A stretch of 64,000 nt of DNA from Gnetum montanum (taxonomy: Eukaryota > Plantae > Gnetophyta). Within the stretch, counting starts at the first letter, position 1, and every line of letters begins with the position of its first letter. Positions 11,940 through 25,062 of the stretch are shown in pieces. Position numbers and translations under genes: made by a program. The stretch covers positions 1 to 64,000 of the forward strand of contig MNCI01001632.1 of NCBI GenBank assembly GCA_015680685.1, written 5' to 3'. The notes under the pieces were generated by a model, which made no database searches, was not told where the DNA came from, and was given only the letters and a program-made list of their open reading frames with translations.

Positions 11940-14395
11940 CCTTCATTTCCATGGTGGGGGAGTTACTCCAGCATGGAAGAATGGGGGAATGAGTTTTAAA
12001 GGTTGAAATAAGATCAGATAAGAAAATTATTGAGGCTATGATGTCATGGACTTTCCCACCAAAGATCTTTGGATTCCATGAGTGCCATCTTATCTCCATG
12101 GTTGGCAAAGTTACTCTAGCATGGAAGAAGAAAGAATCTTAGATCTGCACTAATTCGGAACATAATTAATCATTCATGTTACCTCCCAGGTTTGCCAAGG
12201 TTAAGGGCTATGGATTCATGTCAAAATTTAGTAGTTTTGGGCATCCCTAAGTAGTTTTGTCACTTACCCCTTTCCTTCCATGCTAGGGATAGAGATCACA
12301 ATGTGGAAAATAGAAGGAAATGAATTTTTGGCCATCCAAGTTTAGTTTTGTAAATTTTAAGATCTCAAATAGCTACTACCAAGGTTTTAGAGCGCATGAA
12401 AGGTTGTTTGATGTTATTTTGAGGTGTTTGGGAGCTTAAAAAAAATCCCCCTTTGAGTTTCCATGCTGGGGAAGCTAATATTAGCATGGAAAAATTAATC
12501 CCCAACATGGAAGAACCATGCATATTAGATCTAGGCCAATTTTAATCTCAATCGACTTTGCATGTCAACTTCTAGAGCTATCAAGGTCGAGGACTAGGGT
12601 TTGGTGATAAATTTTGGTAATTTTGAGTATTTCTAAGTGGTTTTTCAAATTTCCCCCATGTTTCCACACTAATACTTCCATGATCAATGTGGAAAAATTT
12701 GGGAAAGTTTCTTTGATCATTTTTTGCTACTTTTGATCATGCATGCGGGCTTCCAAGGTTGTTGGCAATCATGGTCAATGCCTATTGTCAAAATCCAGTT
12801 TTCTTGAAGGTTGATGAGTGGTTTTTGAGCTTTCCCCATTTTTTCCATGTTGGGGCTTCCATTCCCAAGGTGAANGTAGCAACAATCAGCACCAGTAACC
12901 TTAAAAACTTACATGCATGATTGAAAGTGGCCAAAAATGATCAAAAATATTTTACCTCATTTTTTCACCTTGGGAATGGAAGCCCCAACATGGAAAAAAT
13001 GGGGAAAGCTCAAAAACCACTCATCAACCTTCAAGAAAATTGGATTTTGACAATAGGCATTGACCATGATTGCCAACAACCTTGGAAGCCCGCATGCATG
13101 ATCAAAAGTAGCAAAAAATGATCAAAGAAACTTTCCCAAATTTTTCCACATTGAGCATGGAAGTATTAGTGTGGAAACATGGGGGAAATTTGAAAAACCA
13201 CTTAGAAATACTCAAAATTNACATACCAAAATTTTCCATTTCTAGGAATTTTATGCTCAGCATTAAATGTTTGGGAAAATATTTTTAATCACTTTTGGTC
13301 ATTTTCAAGCATGCATGTTGGCCCCTATGTTTGTCAATGTCTGCTATTGCCATTTGACATTGAAATTTGACTATTTCAAGGGTCATAAGGCATTTTTTTG
13401 GTTTCACCCCATTTTTCCACATTGGGGATTCCATGCTTAGCATGGAAATTTTTGGTCATAGATTTTTTGATCATTTTTGGTCACTCTGGCCATGCATGAG
13501 TGCTCATAGGGTTGCTGACATTGGTCATTAGTGCTTAAGGCCAATATCTGGTGGTTTTTCAGGGTTTTGAGTGGGTTTTCAAGCTTCCCCAACTTTTTAT
13601 ATGCTGAGGGTGTAAGGCTCAATGTGGAAGATGTTTCTCTTCATGAAGAAATTTTGATCTAGTCCAAATTGATAGCTAGTATACCATGGATGTCAACCTT
13701 TAGGGTTGCCAATGTTGATGATAATGTTGGATGTTAAGATTTGATAATTTGGAGGCTTTTGGTTTTCTCATGTAATTTTCCTCCTTTAGTTCATGCTAAT
13801 AGTGGTGGAACTATCATGGATGAGAGTGAAATGATAGATTTGTACCATTTTTGACCCATTTGGAAGCTTCTAAATGCTTTATAGGGTTCTGACAATGTCT
13901 AGGCATAATCAAACATCAAGAAATGCTCATTAGATCATCAATTTAGGTCAATTATGGCTTTTCCCCATCTATCCATGTTTGGGGTGAAAGGCTCTAATGG
14001 AAGAATCCTCCCCTATCATGGAACTCATCAAATGCTAGATTTCAACCAATTTTGACTAGTTTTAATTAAGTTTGATGAAGTTTTGAGGTTACCAGAGATG
14101 CTTAAAGGGCTTCTAGAGAATGCGAGTCTTACTTTGTAGTCAAACTTGTTATAGATAAGTGTTGGGATGTAATAGTGACTGTTACCATCCTTCTTACAAG
14201 TTGGGAACTATTTCCCTAACGTGGAAATCCATGGTACTTACCCTTGCTCATGTCTTGCCCAATTTTGAAAACCCAAGGTTGAAAAAGCTAAGTTTGGGTT
14301 GCTAAAAATAGAAAGAAATTGTAATATTAATGAATTTATAGAAGAATGTGCAATTTTCCATGTTGGGAATGGCATTCCCAATGTGGATGTATGAA
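11940..14395. repeat. Diverged ~185-bp-period array with palindromic core TTCCAYRYTGGG..N..CCCARYRTGGAA (~12 copies)
   Basis: Cores at ~11946, 12094, 12276, 12459, 12661, 12843, 13413, 13600, 13790, 13971, 14200 and 14357. Confidence 0.75.
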
Positions 14396-17300
14396 ATCAA
14401 GGTTGCTATAATGTTTGAAGTGTCAAAATTAACAAAAATCTTAACATTGATGCAAGTTTTGGCAAAAGTAAAGGCATAAAGTGGGGTCCACAATCAAAAA
14501 ATTTAAAATTTTGAAAACTAGATTTTTTTCCATCCAAAACCAATGTGAACTAGAGTTTCCCCCTTTTTCCTTAATGGACTTATAGTTATGGTGCACTGAA
14601 TTGGTAGTTGGGGTTTCATTTAGGTTTTAAAAGGGCTTTATATGTTAGATTTTGTAATTTTTAATCTTAACTATCATTCTCTAGAAATAGTGAATTGGAG
14701 GAGAGCTCTCATAGAGATTCTTGTGACAGCCACAACTACTCTTCAGCATGGAAGCTTCCCATCTCCCTTGTAGCCAACATAGAACTCTTATTTTTTCCTA
14801 ATTTTCATCTTCCTCAATGTTGAGCCTACCATGGCACCCAAACAAAGAGGAGGAAAGAGAAAAAATCCTATAATTTAGATAATGGATGAGTGTTCAAGGG
14901 AGTTTTCAAAGGTTTGTAGGCTTATCTCTATCCACACCTCATTGTCACTACTCCAAGGTAAGCAATTATACCTATTTTTGCCTTTGTTTTTTGTGATTTT
15001 TCTAGTTTTTTGCTTTCTAGATGTTGAGGTTGTTCTTTTAGATAGACCACTATAGAGGAATTAAAGTGGAATTTTGATGAAATCCCATCCCTTATTTTGG
15101 TTGCCCCCATGCAGATCTATAGTTTTTTTTTATCACTTTAGCCTTTTTACATTAGATTTTGAAAATAGGGCTTGCTATTTTATGTTTTATTTTCTCAAAA
15201 TTTTGGTGTATGTCCATTTTTTTTAGTTCTAGGCCTTAGGATTTGTTAAAATTAAATTTTAACAAAATCCTACCCCATTATTTTGATGTTAATTTAATTG
15301 GTTTTTAATGGTTTTGGATATTTCAACCATTTTAATGGCTATGTGAAATTTAGGCTTTGCAATTTTTGAAGTTTTGCTATGAAAAAGCAAGCAAGGTTGT
15401 GTATTTGTTTCTTGGTGAAATAGCTATACATTTGTAAAATTAAATGTTATGGGTTTGTATCCCTTTGTTTAATCTTTTTATGGTTGTTTTCTCATTTAAT
15501 TTTTCTTTGAAATGACAAAGTTATGGATGTTGTCCTATCGTTGCATAGTTAGGTTGTTTATGCTAATTTTATAATTTCATGTAGATTTATGAAATTTTTA
15601 TAAGAAAATGGTAAAAAGTTTTGCTATTTTTTGGTCATGGTTACATAGGCTTCAGCTTCAGCTTTCGAATGAAGTGAAATCACTCCAATTGGACTTAAAA
15701 TGAGTTTTTATGAATTTTTTAGTATGGCTATGTGAACCAAGGCAAAACACATAGTTGTAGTACATGACCCAAAATAGAAGTTGTTGATATGCTTAATTTT
15801 TCTTTTTTAAAAAGAGTAAAAGTTTTTTCTATTTTAAATAAGTTTATACTATGTTTTCATGGATTTTTCTAAGTTTATCATAGTTTTTCTAAATTTGTGC
15901 ATAGTTTAGATGTTTTTTTTTCCAAATTTATACATTCTTTCCATAATTTAGATGATTTTTCTAAATTTATGCTTGATTTTTCCGAAATTATGCATAATTT
16001 AGATGATTTTTCTAAATTTATGCATAATTTAGACTAAGATATAGTTTTGGCTATAAAGGCTATAAAACATGGTAATAATGCTTTTATGGAATTTCTCAAG
16101 CTAATTTAGATAAACATCTAAGAGCTCTTTCCAAAAGCTAATTTTACCTCTAACTTATGAAGTTTTTTCTAAATTTGTAAAGAAATTCAAATTGTTCAAG
16201 ATTTAAGGATAATGTAAGTTTTCAATAATGTTTTCTTGTTTAATTACTTAGACTAATTTAATAAAACACCTTACAACCTTTTACATAGGCTAATTTCACC
16301 TTCTACTAGCTATTTTGTCTAAATTTTCTAAGTAATACTAATAGGCCACAATGTTTTTACATTGAAAGGTTGTAATAGTGCCTTTTTGTATAATTCCTTA
16401 ATCCAATTTAGATAAATATCTTAGAGCTTTTTACAAAGGCTAATTTCACCTCCAACTAAATATTTTGTCTAAACTTGCTAAGTAACTCCAATTGGTTATA
16501 ATGTTTTTGTTTGGTTTCATACAGGGTCTTCTTGAGGCCTATTATCATCATAGTGGAGTTGGTTGACATTTTTTGCTACGTTGGTCATCCAAATACCAAT
16601 AATCCATCACAACATGCCTTTTGGGAAGCTCTCATTGTAATTTTGGCCTAGGGCAAGGGACTTCCTTGCCTACCTCTTTAGGAACTTTAGTGTGATGTTG
16701 TGGTCACACTTGTTCATGGATGTAGTTAGGGTTGTTGTGGAGACCTTATTGCCTTAAGCATCTAGACTAATTAGTAGGTATATTATTGATAAGCTACCAC
16801 CTAAGATTGCATGGGGACCAGTAGAGGTCATAAGTTCACACTACCTTATGGAGATCTAGTCAATGCTAGAGTATAGTCAATATAATGCTAATAATACTCT
16901 GAAGGTGGCACATAGAGCCCACACATTATTCCAAAATCCACCTAGCACCCTGTATCATCTACAAGGGTAAACATGATTATTGTAATTTTTTTATGATTTT
17001 TGCTTAATTACCTTACTTAACATCATTAATTTAACTTCTTGTAGGTACAAGGTTAATGATCAAGGCTTGATCATTAATGATCAAATTTTGGTAGTGCCTT
17101 AAATTGATTTGGATGAATTCACCAAGAGTTTCCAAATTAGAGCTATTGTGTATCAACAGTTAAGAGGATACTTTAATGAATACACCCATTGGTTTAACCT
17201 TATATACAAAAAGTGTAAGGATGATGCAATGATGCATAGCTGGTGGGTAGATACCAGTAACATAGATCAAACCCTTGTAGCTGGAACCTCTGCACTATAG

Positions 17301-18451
17301 AAGAAAAGTAAAGGTGAACATATAGCTTCTAGTGTTTTATGGTTCTAAGTGTTTTATTGCTTTTCTTGGTTGTTCAAATTATTCATATTACTTCTAACCT
17401 TTGGTTATTACTTTGTAGGACCTTCCACCTTAGCTGATGTAACTATACCACTTTTGCATTTGCGTCATGAGTATACCCTCATCCTAAAGTTTGATGACCT
17501 AACATTAGTATAGGAGTGGCTAAAGGGACAAGTGCCTAGATATGTTCAAGAAAACATCTAGCATGCTAGTTTGCTCAATGTATTTATGGGACCTATTCCT
17601 TCCATTCTTACTACAAAGATGTTGTATGTTATCAACTCCTTTGATGAGGAGGGTGGTAGCTTTAGCACCAACATTAGTAGTGTTATAGTGTGCATTGATG
17701 TAGGTGTTAGCCTCTTTCATGATCTGTTTAGTGTCATTGCTGATGGGACCAAGGTTCCCACCAGGACATTGAGGGAATCAAGTCATCACGAGGAAGTTCT
17801 AAAGTGGCTTGGTGCCAGCACGGGCCACTTTGAAATTTTGATGGATAGCTTTATGACTCCTAATGTAAAGGAATCATATCCTTTGTTTTGTTCTTGTGCA
17901 TTCCCCAAAATGCTATCACAAAAGAAGGTAATTGGCCTAGCACAAGGATGGATCTCTAAGAAGGTCTTAATCAATGACATCAAATTTGGCTACTAGGCTT
18001 TGATAGGAAATCGTTAGACTTTGTGTTGACACCTCTAGAATAATCCATATGCACTTTGCATTTTTCATATGTTATCTAAAGAGGTTTGCAAAGATTCTAG
18101 TGGTGTATAGGAATGGATGATGGGTTTCCAAAGGCCTAAGCCAACTTTCTAGGCCTTGGATAAAGCACACTTATCCAATAGTGTAGGCCTAGAACTCACT
18201 AGAGGAAATGGATAAAACATTATCAATCATCACTAAGAATATTAATGTTAGAAAGTACAAGTTTCTTGATAATACTGATGATGATGAGCCACTTTTTTTT
18301 CCTACTAGTGTTTAGGATGTCAAATGATGGTGCATGAAGGTTGAAGGGATAACTAGAGAGAAATTCAAGAGGCCTATGGAGGAGGCACCCCCAACATCAA
18401 ATCAACGTACCCTAAAGAAGCTTAAGTTTAAGCTTAAGCCATCATAGTAGG

Positions 18452-19990
18452 TGTGACGATGGAAAACGTCGATCGTTGGAAATACCAAATAGAGTTCCAT
18501 GTACATAGTTCCAACCCTAGATCTGTGTGAGGGCCATGCTGAAGAAGATGAATTCGAGGTGCCCTGAACGGTCTTGTTGATCAGACAGGGACTTAATCAA
18601 TAAAATTTTGTAATAACCAGGTGGCAAAATGGTGATTTAAATGAGGAAATATGATATCGTTAATCCCAGAGGTAACGAGAGTGATGTAAATGATTCAAAG
18701 AGATTGCAAAAATCTATATAGATAGGATGCAATAAACTAGATTTAAAAAGTGTGCAATCCCAAGATCTGGGATTTAGCTTATGAACAAAATATGTTGGAT
18801 ACAATGATTATAGGCAGACTTCAGTTTATACGAAGCACGTGCCAAGAACAGGAAAGCTATTTAAAGATAAAACAAGCAAAGGTCGATCTACCTTGTTCTA
18901 GCCAATCTGGGCGCAAGGGAGTCAGACCCGAAACAGAATGTCCGCTAACTAACTATTTCTGATCAAAATTCTTGTCAATCATCTTCAATGTTCTTACAAT
19001 TGTCGATCCCCTTTTTGCTTTCTTATCAATCTTTGCCAAACGTTTTTGACAATTGCCAATGAAAGAAAATTGCTCACGGAGAAAATTTTTCCAATCAAGA
19101 TAATTTTTTTTTTTGCCAACCCCTTTTTGATCCTTGTCAACTGGAGTATTTATAAGGTTAGGGTTAGGAAAAAAATGTGGTTTAGATGATGCATGTCCTG
19201 AACCTACAAAATTCCGTTGACTTGATGTGTTTGTGTTTGAAGCTAGCAGCGCTATGCTACATTACACTCTGAAGCGTAATGTGTCATAAACTACTTTTGC
19301 TGGAGCTTTGGCAACAAACTGTTCTATGATTACACTGTAATACGCTAGAGAGTGTATTGTGATGTATGAACTACTGATGCCTGAATTGTGTTATCTCTAT
19401 TGTTACTTGTATTACGTTGTGTCATGCTACATTACGTTGCATAGAGTAATTCAACGTAAGATAGTGAACCTACAAAAAATTGAAGTGTTGTCGCTGTGCT
19501 TCCCTTGTTTTTGTTCAGTATTTCTAGGGTTTATTATGCTACACTACATAATGTAGTGTAATAGGCCCTTAGCCGAAAAAAGAAAACTTGCTGAGATGTG
19601 CGACATGTTGCAGATCTTTGCTTGAGCCTTGAGATTTTACTGAACCATTGAGATCTTCAAATTTTGCAATCTCCGTTGTTGTGACTAGATGGACTGTCTC
19701 CTTGTATTACGCTGTGTTACGCTACATTACAATGCATTGCATAACATGGCATAATCCGTTAAAAGTTAAAATTTTTGAAGCATAGCTAACTTACAAAGTT
19801 GAAGGCTTGCCATTGTGCACCCCTTGTCTTGTTCTATCCTCTGGAGTCTATTATGTTGCACTGCATAGTGTGGCGTAACAAACCCTTAGCCAAAAAGAGA
19901 ACTTGCTAAGCCACAACTTGTCATAAATCCTTGCCTGAGTTGCAAGATTTTGCTGAACTGTTGAGGCCTCGAAATTTGCATGGTGTTTCA
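18452..19990 (-). repeat. 3' LTR of B (1539 bp)
   Basis: Colinear with 36077-37622; differences are almost all transitions. Confidence 0.96.
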
Positions 19991-20005
19991 ATGGTCCCTC
20001 TTTGT
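19991..20005 (-). promoter_or_regulatory. Polypurine tract of B
   Basis: The - strand reads ACAAAGAGGGACCAT immediately before TGAAACACC; equivalent tracts at 7505 and 58013. Confidence 0.8.
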
Positions 20006-21210
20006 TGATGTTTAGAGGGCTTACCCAAAACATGTTTACAAAGAATATGAAACACTAGAGAGGTAAAAACACCAACAACATCCGTCAGCAACTGCTCAGA
20101 TGTTGCTCTATCAAACCTGGATGTGTGAAGGTAGGAGGAGGAGAATAGGAGGGATCTTAAAGAAGTGAGAGGAGGGAGGTTCGAGGAAGACTCATGCATG
20201 TGAATAGGAAACTTTCGCAAACAAGTTATTAGGCGTCCTTTCATGGGTGTGTTTGCGAGAGGTTACGTTGCTATACTGCATATGAAGGGCTTACATGGAT
20301 GAGTTGTGTTATGCCTGTATGGCCTGGATGAATTTTTTTACATCCATTTTTCCTAGCTTTTCCATTTTTCTTTGAGAGTGCAACTTACATTCCACGAGGC
20401 GAGTTGTGTTATGCCAGTTCATGGATATGATGGTGGGAAAGAATTGATTATATGCTCACATCCTATACAAACAAAGAAGAGGGTAAAGGCAGTTGTAAGG
20501 ATAAGGGAAGGAGGAAGTGAAGTAAGGTATCTGATGGAGGGAAAGGTAGGGTTTGCACTCCCAAGTAGTTAGGCTAGTCTGAGTAGCCACCTCAGAATGC
20601 CATGACACCTCACCTCCTAGTGAATGCATTCTCGATCAATCCCATCGTAGCAAGTAACTTGCAAAACATAATAGAGAACAAAGAGCAAAAGCAATCTTCC
20701 TAATCGCTAGGGAGGCTGTTGAAACAAGTGTCGTCCAAAGTGAAAAGGAGAGTGTAGGCCATAAAAAAGGGACCATAGCAAGAAGCAAGGGTCCCTATGT
20801 TGATGCCATGATTTATGAAGTTATCATCAACAGCCAGATTCATCTTGCTCAAATGATTGGACAAAGAACCAATCAGATGAATTTGCTAAGCTAGAGTCTA
20901 GTGGCAACAATGGGTGGAGGCCATCGAGGCTATGGATGACCATAGTTTCTTTGGGGTTCCAAGTAGTGAAGTTAACCCCAGGAGTTGCAAATACAGAGTG
21001 GCTATCATAGCAACATCTCCGAGGGGTCAGTAGTATGCCTTCCAGCTTATCCGAGGAATCAGTAGGATGCCAGTGGGGTAGAGGCATTGCGTCTATTCCA
21101 ACATCTTACCCATTCCATATGGTAGGGATGTAGTGCAAGAGTGATCATGATTACTTACTTCATGGATTTTCTATTGATGGATTCGAGTTTTGAGTCCTGG
21201 TTGACTGTTA

Positions 21211-21541
21211 TTGCTGGTTTTAGGTCTCAGAAGACCGTGGTCCCGGTTTAAAGTCTGGGTAGACTGAAGCCTGCTAGTTTTACATCATAGTAGACAGTGG
21301 AAGAGCTAGTTTACGGTCCTAGTAGACTATGTTGTGGGTGTCAATTTTACGTCGTGACCCAGGGACAAGTCTGTGCTAGTTTAACATCTTAGTAGACAGA
21401 TGCTTACCTTGCCAGTTTCACGTCATGGTGGACAGTCGAAAACTTTGCCAGTTTAGCGTCGTGGAAGACACATGCAAGAAATGCTAGTTTTACGTTGTAG
21501 CGGATGTGTACAACATTGCTAGTTTTACATCGTAGCAGACA
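21211..21541 (-). repeat. Hairpin-motif array (10 copies, variable spacers) after the INT stop of B
   Basis: + strand consensus GCYAGTTTWA-NGTC-N6-GACN', with 7-13 nt variable spacers. Confidence 0.85.
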
Positions 21542-21573
21542 TTTTCTACCTTGTGTTTGAGCCGAGTCGACGT

Positions 21574-24500
21574 TTAGATGTGGTACCTCTTTGGATACAT
21601 ATGATTCATTGGGTTCAGGTGTTCGTTGTCGTTGATGTCTGCTAGCCTAAATGCTCCATTTCCATATGCGTTGACAACCAGGAAAGGGCCTTCCCAACTC
21701 ATAGAGAATTTTTTCGCTGGTTCATGGATGGCTTTGAGAACCAAGTCTCCTTTCTTGATTGGTCATTGATGCAAGTTGTGATGATGCTTTTGTTTCTACC
21801 TATCTTGATACCTTTCGATGGTGTTGAGCATCTGGATGCGTTTCACCTCTACTGAGTCTAAATCCACGATCTTAGACTCTTTGTGTTGATTCTCACTTAT
21901 AACCATGGAGAGGACCATCCAAAATGAGGGAATCTATAGTTCCAGGGGCAACCCTGCTTCAGATCCGTAGACTAGGCTGTAGGGTGTCCTATCGGTAGCT
22001 GTTCTGCATGTCATATGATAGGCCCATAGCACATAGAGGATTTTTTCATGCCATCATTTTTTGTTGCTGCTGAGCATCTTCCTGAGTAGATTGATAACCA
22101 CCTTGTTTGTTGCTTCTTCTTGACCATTTGCTTGTAGGTAATAGGATGAGGAAAAAGATTACTTGATACCAAGGTTGTTGCAAAAAGATTTGGTTTTAGT
22201 GCTACTAAATTGTGGCCCATTGTTGGTCACAATAGTCATGGGAAGCCCAAACCTGGCTACTATATTTTCCAAGATAAAATAGCAAACCTATTGAGATGTA
22301 ATCTTTTGTAGGAGAATAGCCTCAACCCACTTCATGGAATACTCGGTGGTGGTGATGATGAAGCTATGTCCTGCGGAAGACTTAGGCGTGATAGGACCTA
22401 TGATGTCTAGTCCCCATTGTTCGAATGGCTAAGTGATCTGTGTAGTATGCAATTCAGTTGGTGACACGTGTATTAGATTTGCGTAACGTTGGCATGTGTT
22501 ACATGTCTTAACCTTGGTGAGGAAATCTCATTCCATGTATGGCCAGTAATACCCTAAGCATCTGATTTTAGCGGCCATGGCTTGTGGGGCTATATGTCCC
22601 CCACATAGTGCTTCATCAACTTTACTAACTATTCATTGTGCTTGGTCATTATTAATGTAGGTTAGCAATACTCCATCAAAAGACTGTCTACAGAGAGTAC
22701 TATCTCCAATGATGACATATTGCCGAGCAATCTTGCAGATTGCATCTTTTTGTGTAGGTGTTAGCTCATGCAATGGTTCGCCATGCAAAAAGTAGGCTTT
22801 AATGTTATCGTACCATTCTAGTGTTCCACCCATGCTTAGAGAAGAAATTTGCGCCACTTGAATGACAGGCTCTGTACATTGCATCATTAAAGTGGGCCAA
22901 GTGACAAACAAATGTGGTGGCATATTTAAGGCCAGTGTGGCTAGTGCATCAGCTATAGCATTTTCATTATGCGACACGTGTTGGACATCAGTTTTCATGA
23001 ATTATTTCAGGAGATCTTTAGCCATATCACAATAGGGATGCAAATGCATAGCTTTGCATGCATAGACCCCTATGATTTGATTAATGATGAGCATTGAATT
23101 ACCTTGGATTTCCAGGTGTTGAACATTGAGTTCCCTGGCTATTAACAATCCCCTGAGGAGCCCCTCGTACTCTGCCACATTGTTCGTACAAGGGAATTCT
23201 AGGCGGTAAGCTAATGGATGAACATCCTCAGGGGAATGCGTAATGATAGCGGCAGCAGTGCCACCTTTGGTAGTCGAAGCTCCATCAAAGTATAACATTG
23301 CTTTGAGGCTTGTCAATATAGGGCTTAAACTACATATTTGTTCATTAGGAAACTCAGGCTCTATTGCGGCTTGATTGTTAATCGGTGATGTTGCAAGCTG
23401 GTCGGCTATCACTTGGCCTTTCATGGAAGATTGGCTAACGTAGTGCAAGTCAAATTCTTCTTTCTAGTAGGCTATCCTATTACTTTCATATAAATTTTTT
23501 GTGATGGCCTGTAGAATGTTTTTTTTACAGATTATATTGACCTGGCTACGGAAAAGATAGTTCCTACATTCCTTGAGTGCAAACACCAATGCTAAACAGT
23601 TACGCTCTACTTCATTGTACCATGTTTTGTATGCAAATAGAGCATGACTTAGGTAGTAGATAGGAACTTCTGACCCATCATCCCTTCTTTGGCACAACAA
23701 CACAGCTATAGACACCTCTAAGTTTGCCAAGTATATGTAGAAAGGCTGATCCCTTTGTGAGGAGAAAATCATTTGCAAATGTAATAGCTCTTTCTTCATA
23801 TTGTCAAATGCACATTGGAAGTTCTTGGTCCATTCGAAGTTAACCCCTTTCTTGAGCAAATGTTGCATAGGGTGTAACTTATCTGTTAATCTTGAGATGA
23901 ACCACCTGATAAATTGCAACCTACCCTATAGCCCATGTAGTTCTTTGAGGTTTGTAGGTGGTGTTAGATTAATGATGGATTTAACCTTATCGGGGTCGAC
24001 TCGAATGCCATTCTCTAATACCACAAACCCCAACATGCACCCATTTTTGACTCCTAATACGCACTTTCTTGGGTTGAGCTATAGGTCATTTTTGATACAT
24101 CGTTAAAGGATTATCTCTAGGTCTTTCGAGTGATCTTCTGACTTCTTAGATTTGATAGCAATGTCATCTACGTAGTCATTCAATCCCTCTAAGAGGTAAT
24201 CACTAAAGATGTAAGTCATGACGCATTGATGGGTTGCTCTAGAGTTTTTTAATCCGAAGGGCATCATGGTGTAACAAAAAGTTCCCCAGGGGATCATGAA
24301 AGTCGTAGTCAGTTGGTGTCCTTGCTTGATACAGATTTGATTATAGCCTGAACACCCATCCATAAAGGATAGTAACACGTGGTCGGCTGTTGGATCGATA
24401 AGTTGGTCAATACTCGGTAATGGAAAGTTTTCTTCAATCGTGGCCTTGTTCAGATCGTGGAAGTCTATACAGATGCATATTCCTCCCATTTTCTTAGAGA

Positions 24501-25044
24501 CAACTATGATGTTCGACACCTAATCTGAATAATCAACTGCATGAATGAAACTAGCCTAATATAGCTTAGTGATTTCATCACACACTGCTAACCCGATTTT
24601 GAGCTTAATCTTCTAGGATTTCTGTTTAAATGCTTTCATATGCGATTCTAAAACTATGTTGTGCTATATTAGCCTTGGGTCTAAACCTGGCATATCTTCG
24701 TATGACCATGCGAACACCGTAATGTTATCTTGTAGCACTCGAGATATATCACTCTGCGTTTGTTGGTCAAGGAGAGAACTAACTTTTAGAGTTTTACTTT
24801 CTCCTTTGTGCGTAACCATAGGGACCTCAGTGAGGGAATCCTCAGTCACATCACCAGCTTCCAGGTCTAGGGTTTGGGCCAAATATTCTAGCTAGTCTGG
24901 AAATACTTCCGATGTTGCAATGGTTATACCACAAAGGGAAGCGTCAGTTCCTATCAATGTGTGATTGAGCTATCTAATACTTTCCCCGTATGGGCCTGTT
25001 AAGGCTAGGGGTGCAAGTAAAGCTACATCCATTTGTGAATTGAC
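21574..25044 (-). pseudogene. pol: pol of B (RT-RH-aRH-INT)
   Basis: YVDD at 24163-24174; FPLPSIDQLID; SGYNQI; RH PIYYLSH; aRH YFDGAS...CTNNVAEYEGL; INT FEQWGLDIIGP and EYSMKWVEA; GPY/F-like WEGPF; stop at 21574-21576. Confidence 0.95.
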
Positions 25045-25062
25045 CTGCAAAAATGCCAAAAA
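25045..25062 (-). promoter_or_regulatory. Putative 3' splice acceptor for the pol exon of B
   Basis: The - strand reads TTTTTGGCATTTTTGCAG|GTC AAT TCA CAA ATG, in frame with RT. Equivalent AG|G sites lie at 11242 (A) and 63789 (D). Confidence 0.75.

Noticed and set aside
12619-13220. Near-perfect ~255-bp inverted repeat (long hairpin)
   Set aside because: The second arm is bounded by single Ns (12875, 13220) and is nearly identical in otherwise old DNA, so it is most likely a mis-oriented contig (assembly artefact).
19359-19556. Hydrophobic ORF repeated at 36991-37188
   Set aside because: It lies within the LTRs, so the duplication is trivial, and it has no recognisable domain.
21211-21541. 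CRISPR-like repeat-spacer appearance
   Set aside because: The context is a eukaryotic retrotransposon, spacers are only 7-13 nt, repeats are degenerate and there are no cas genes. Reported as a hairpin array instead.
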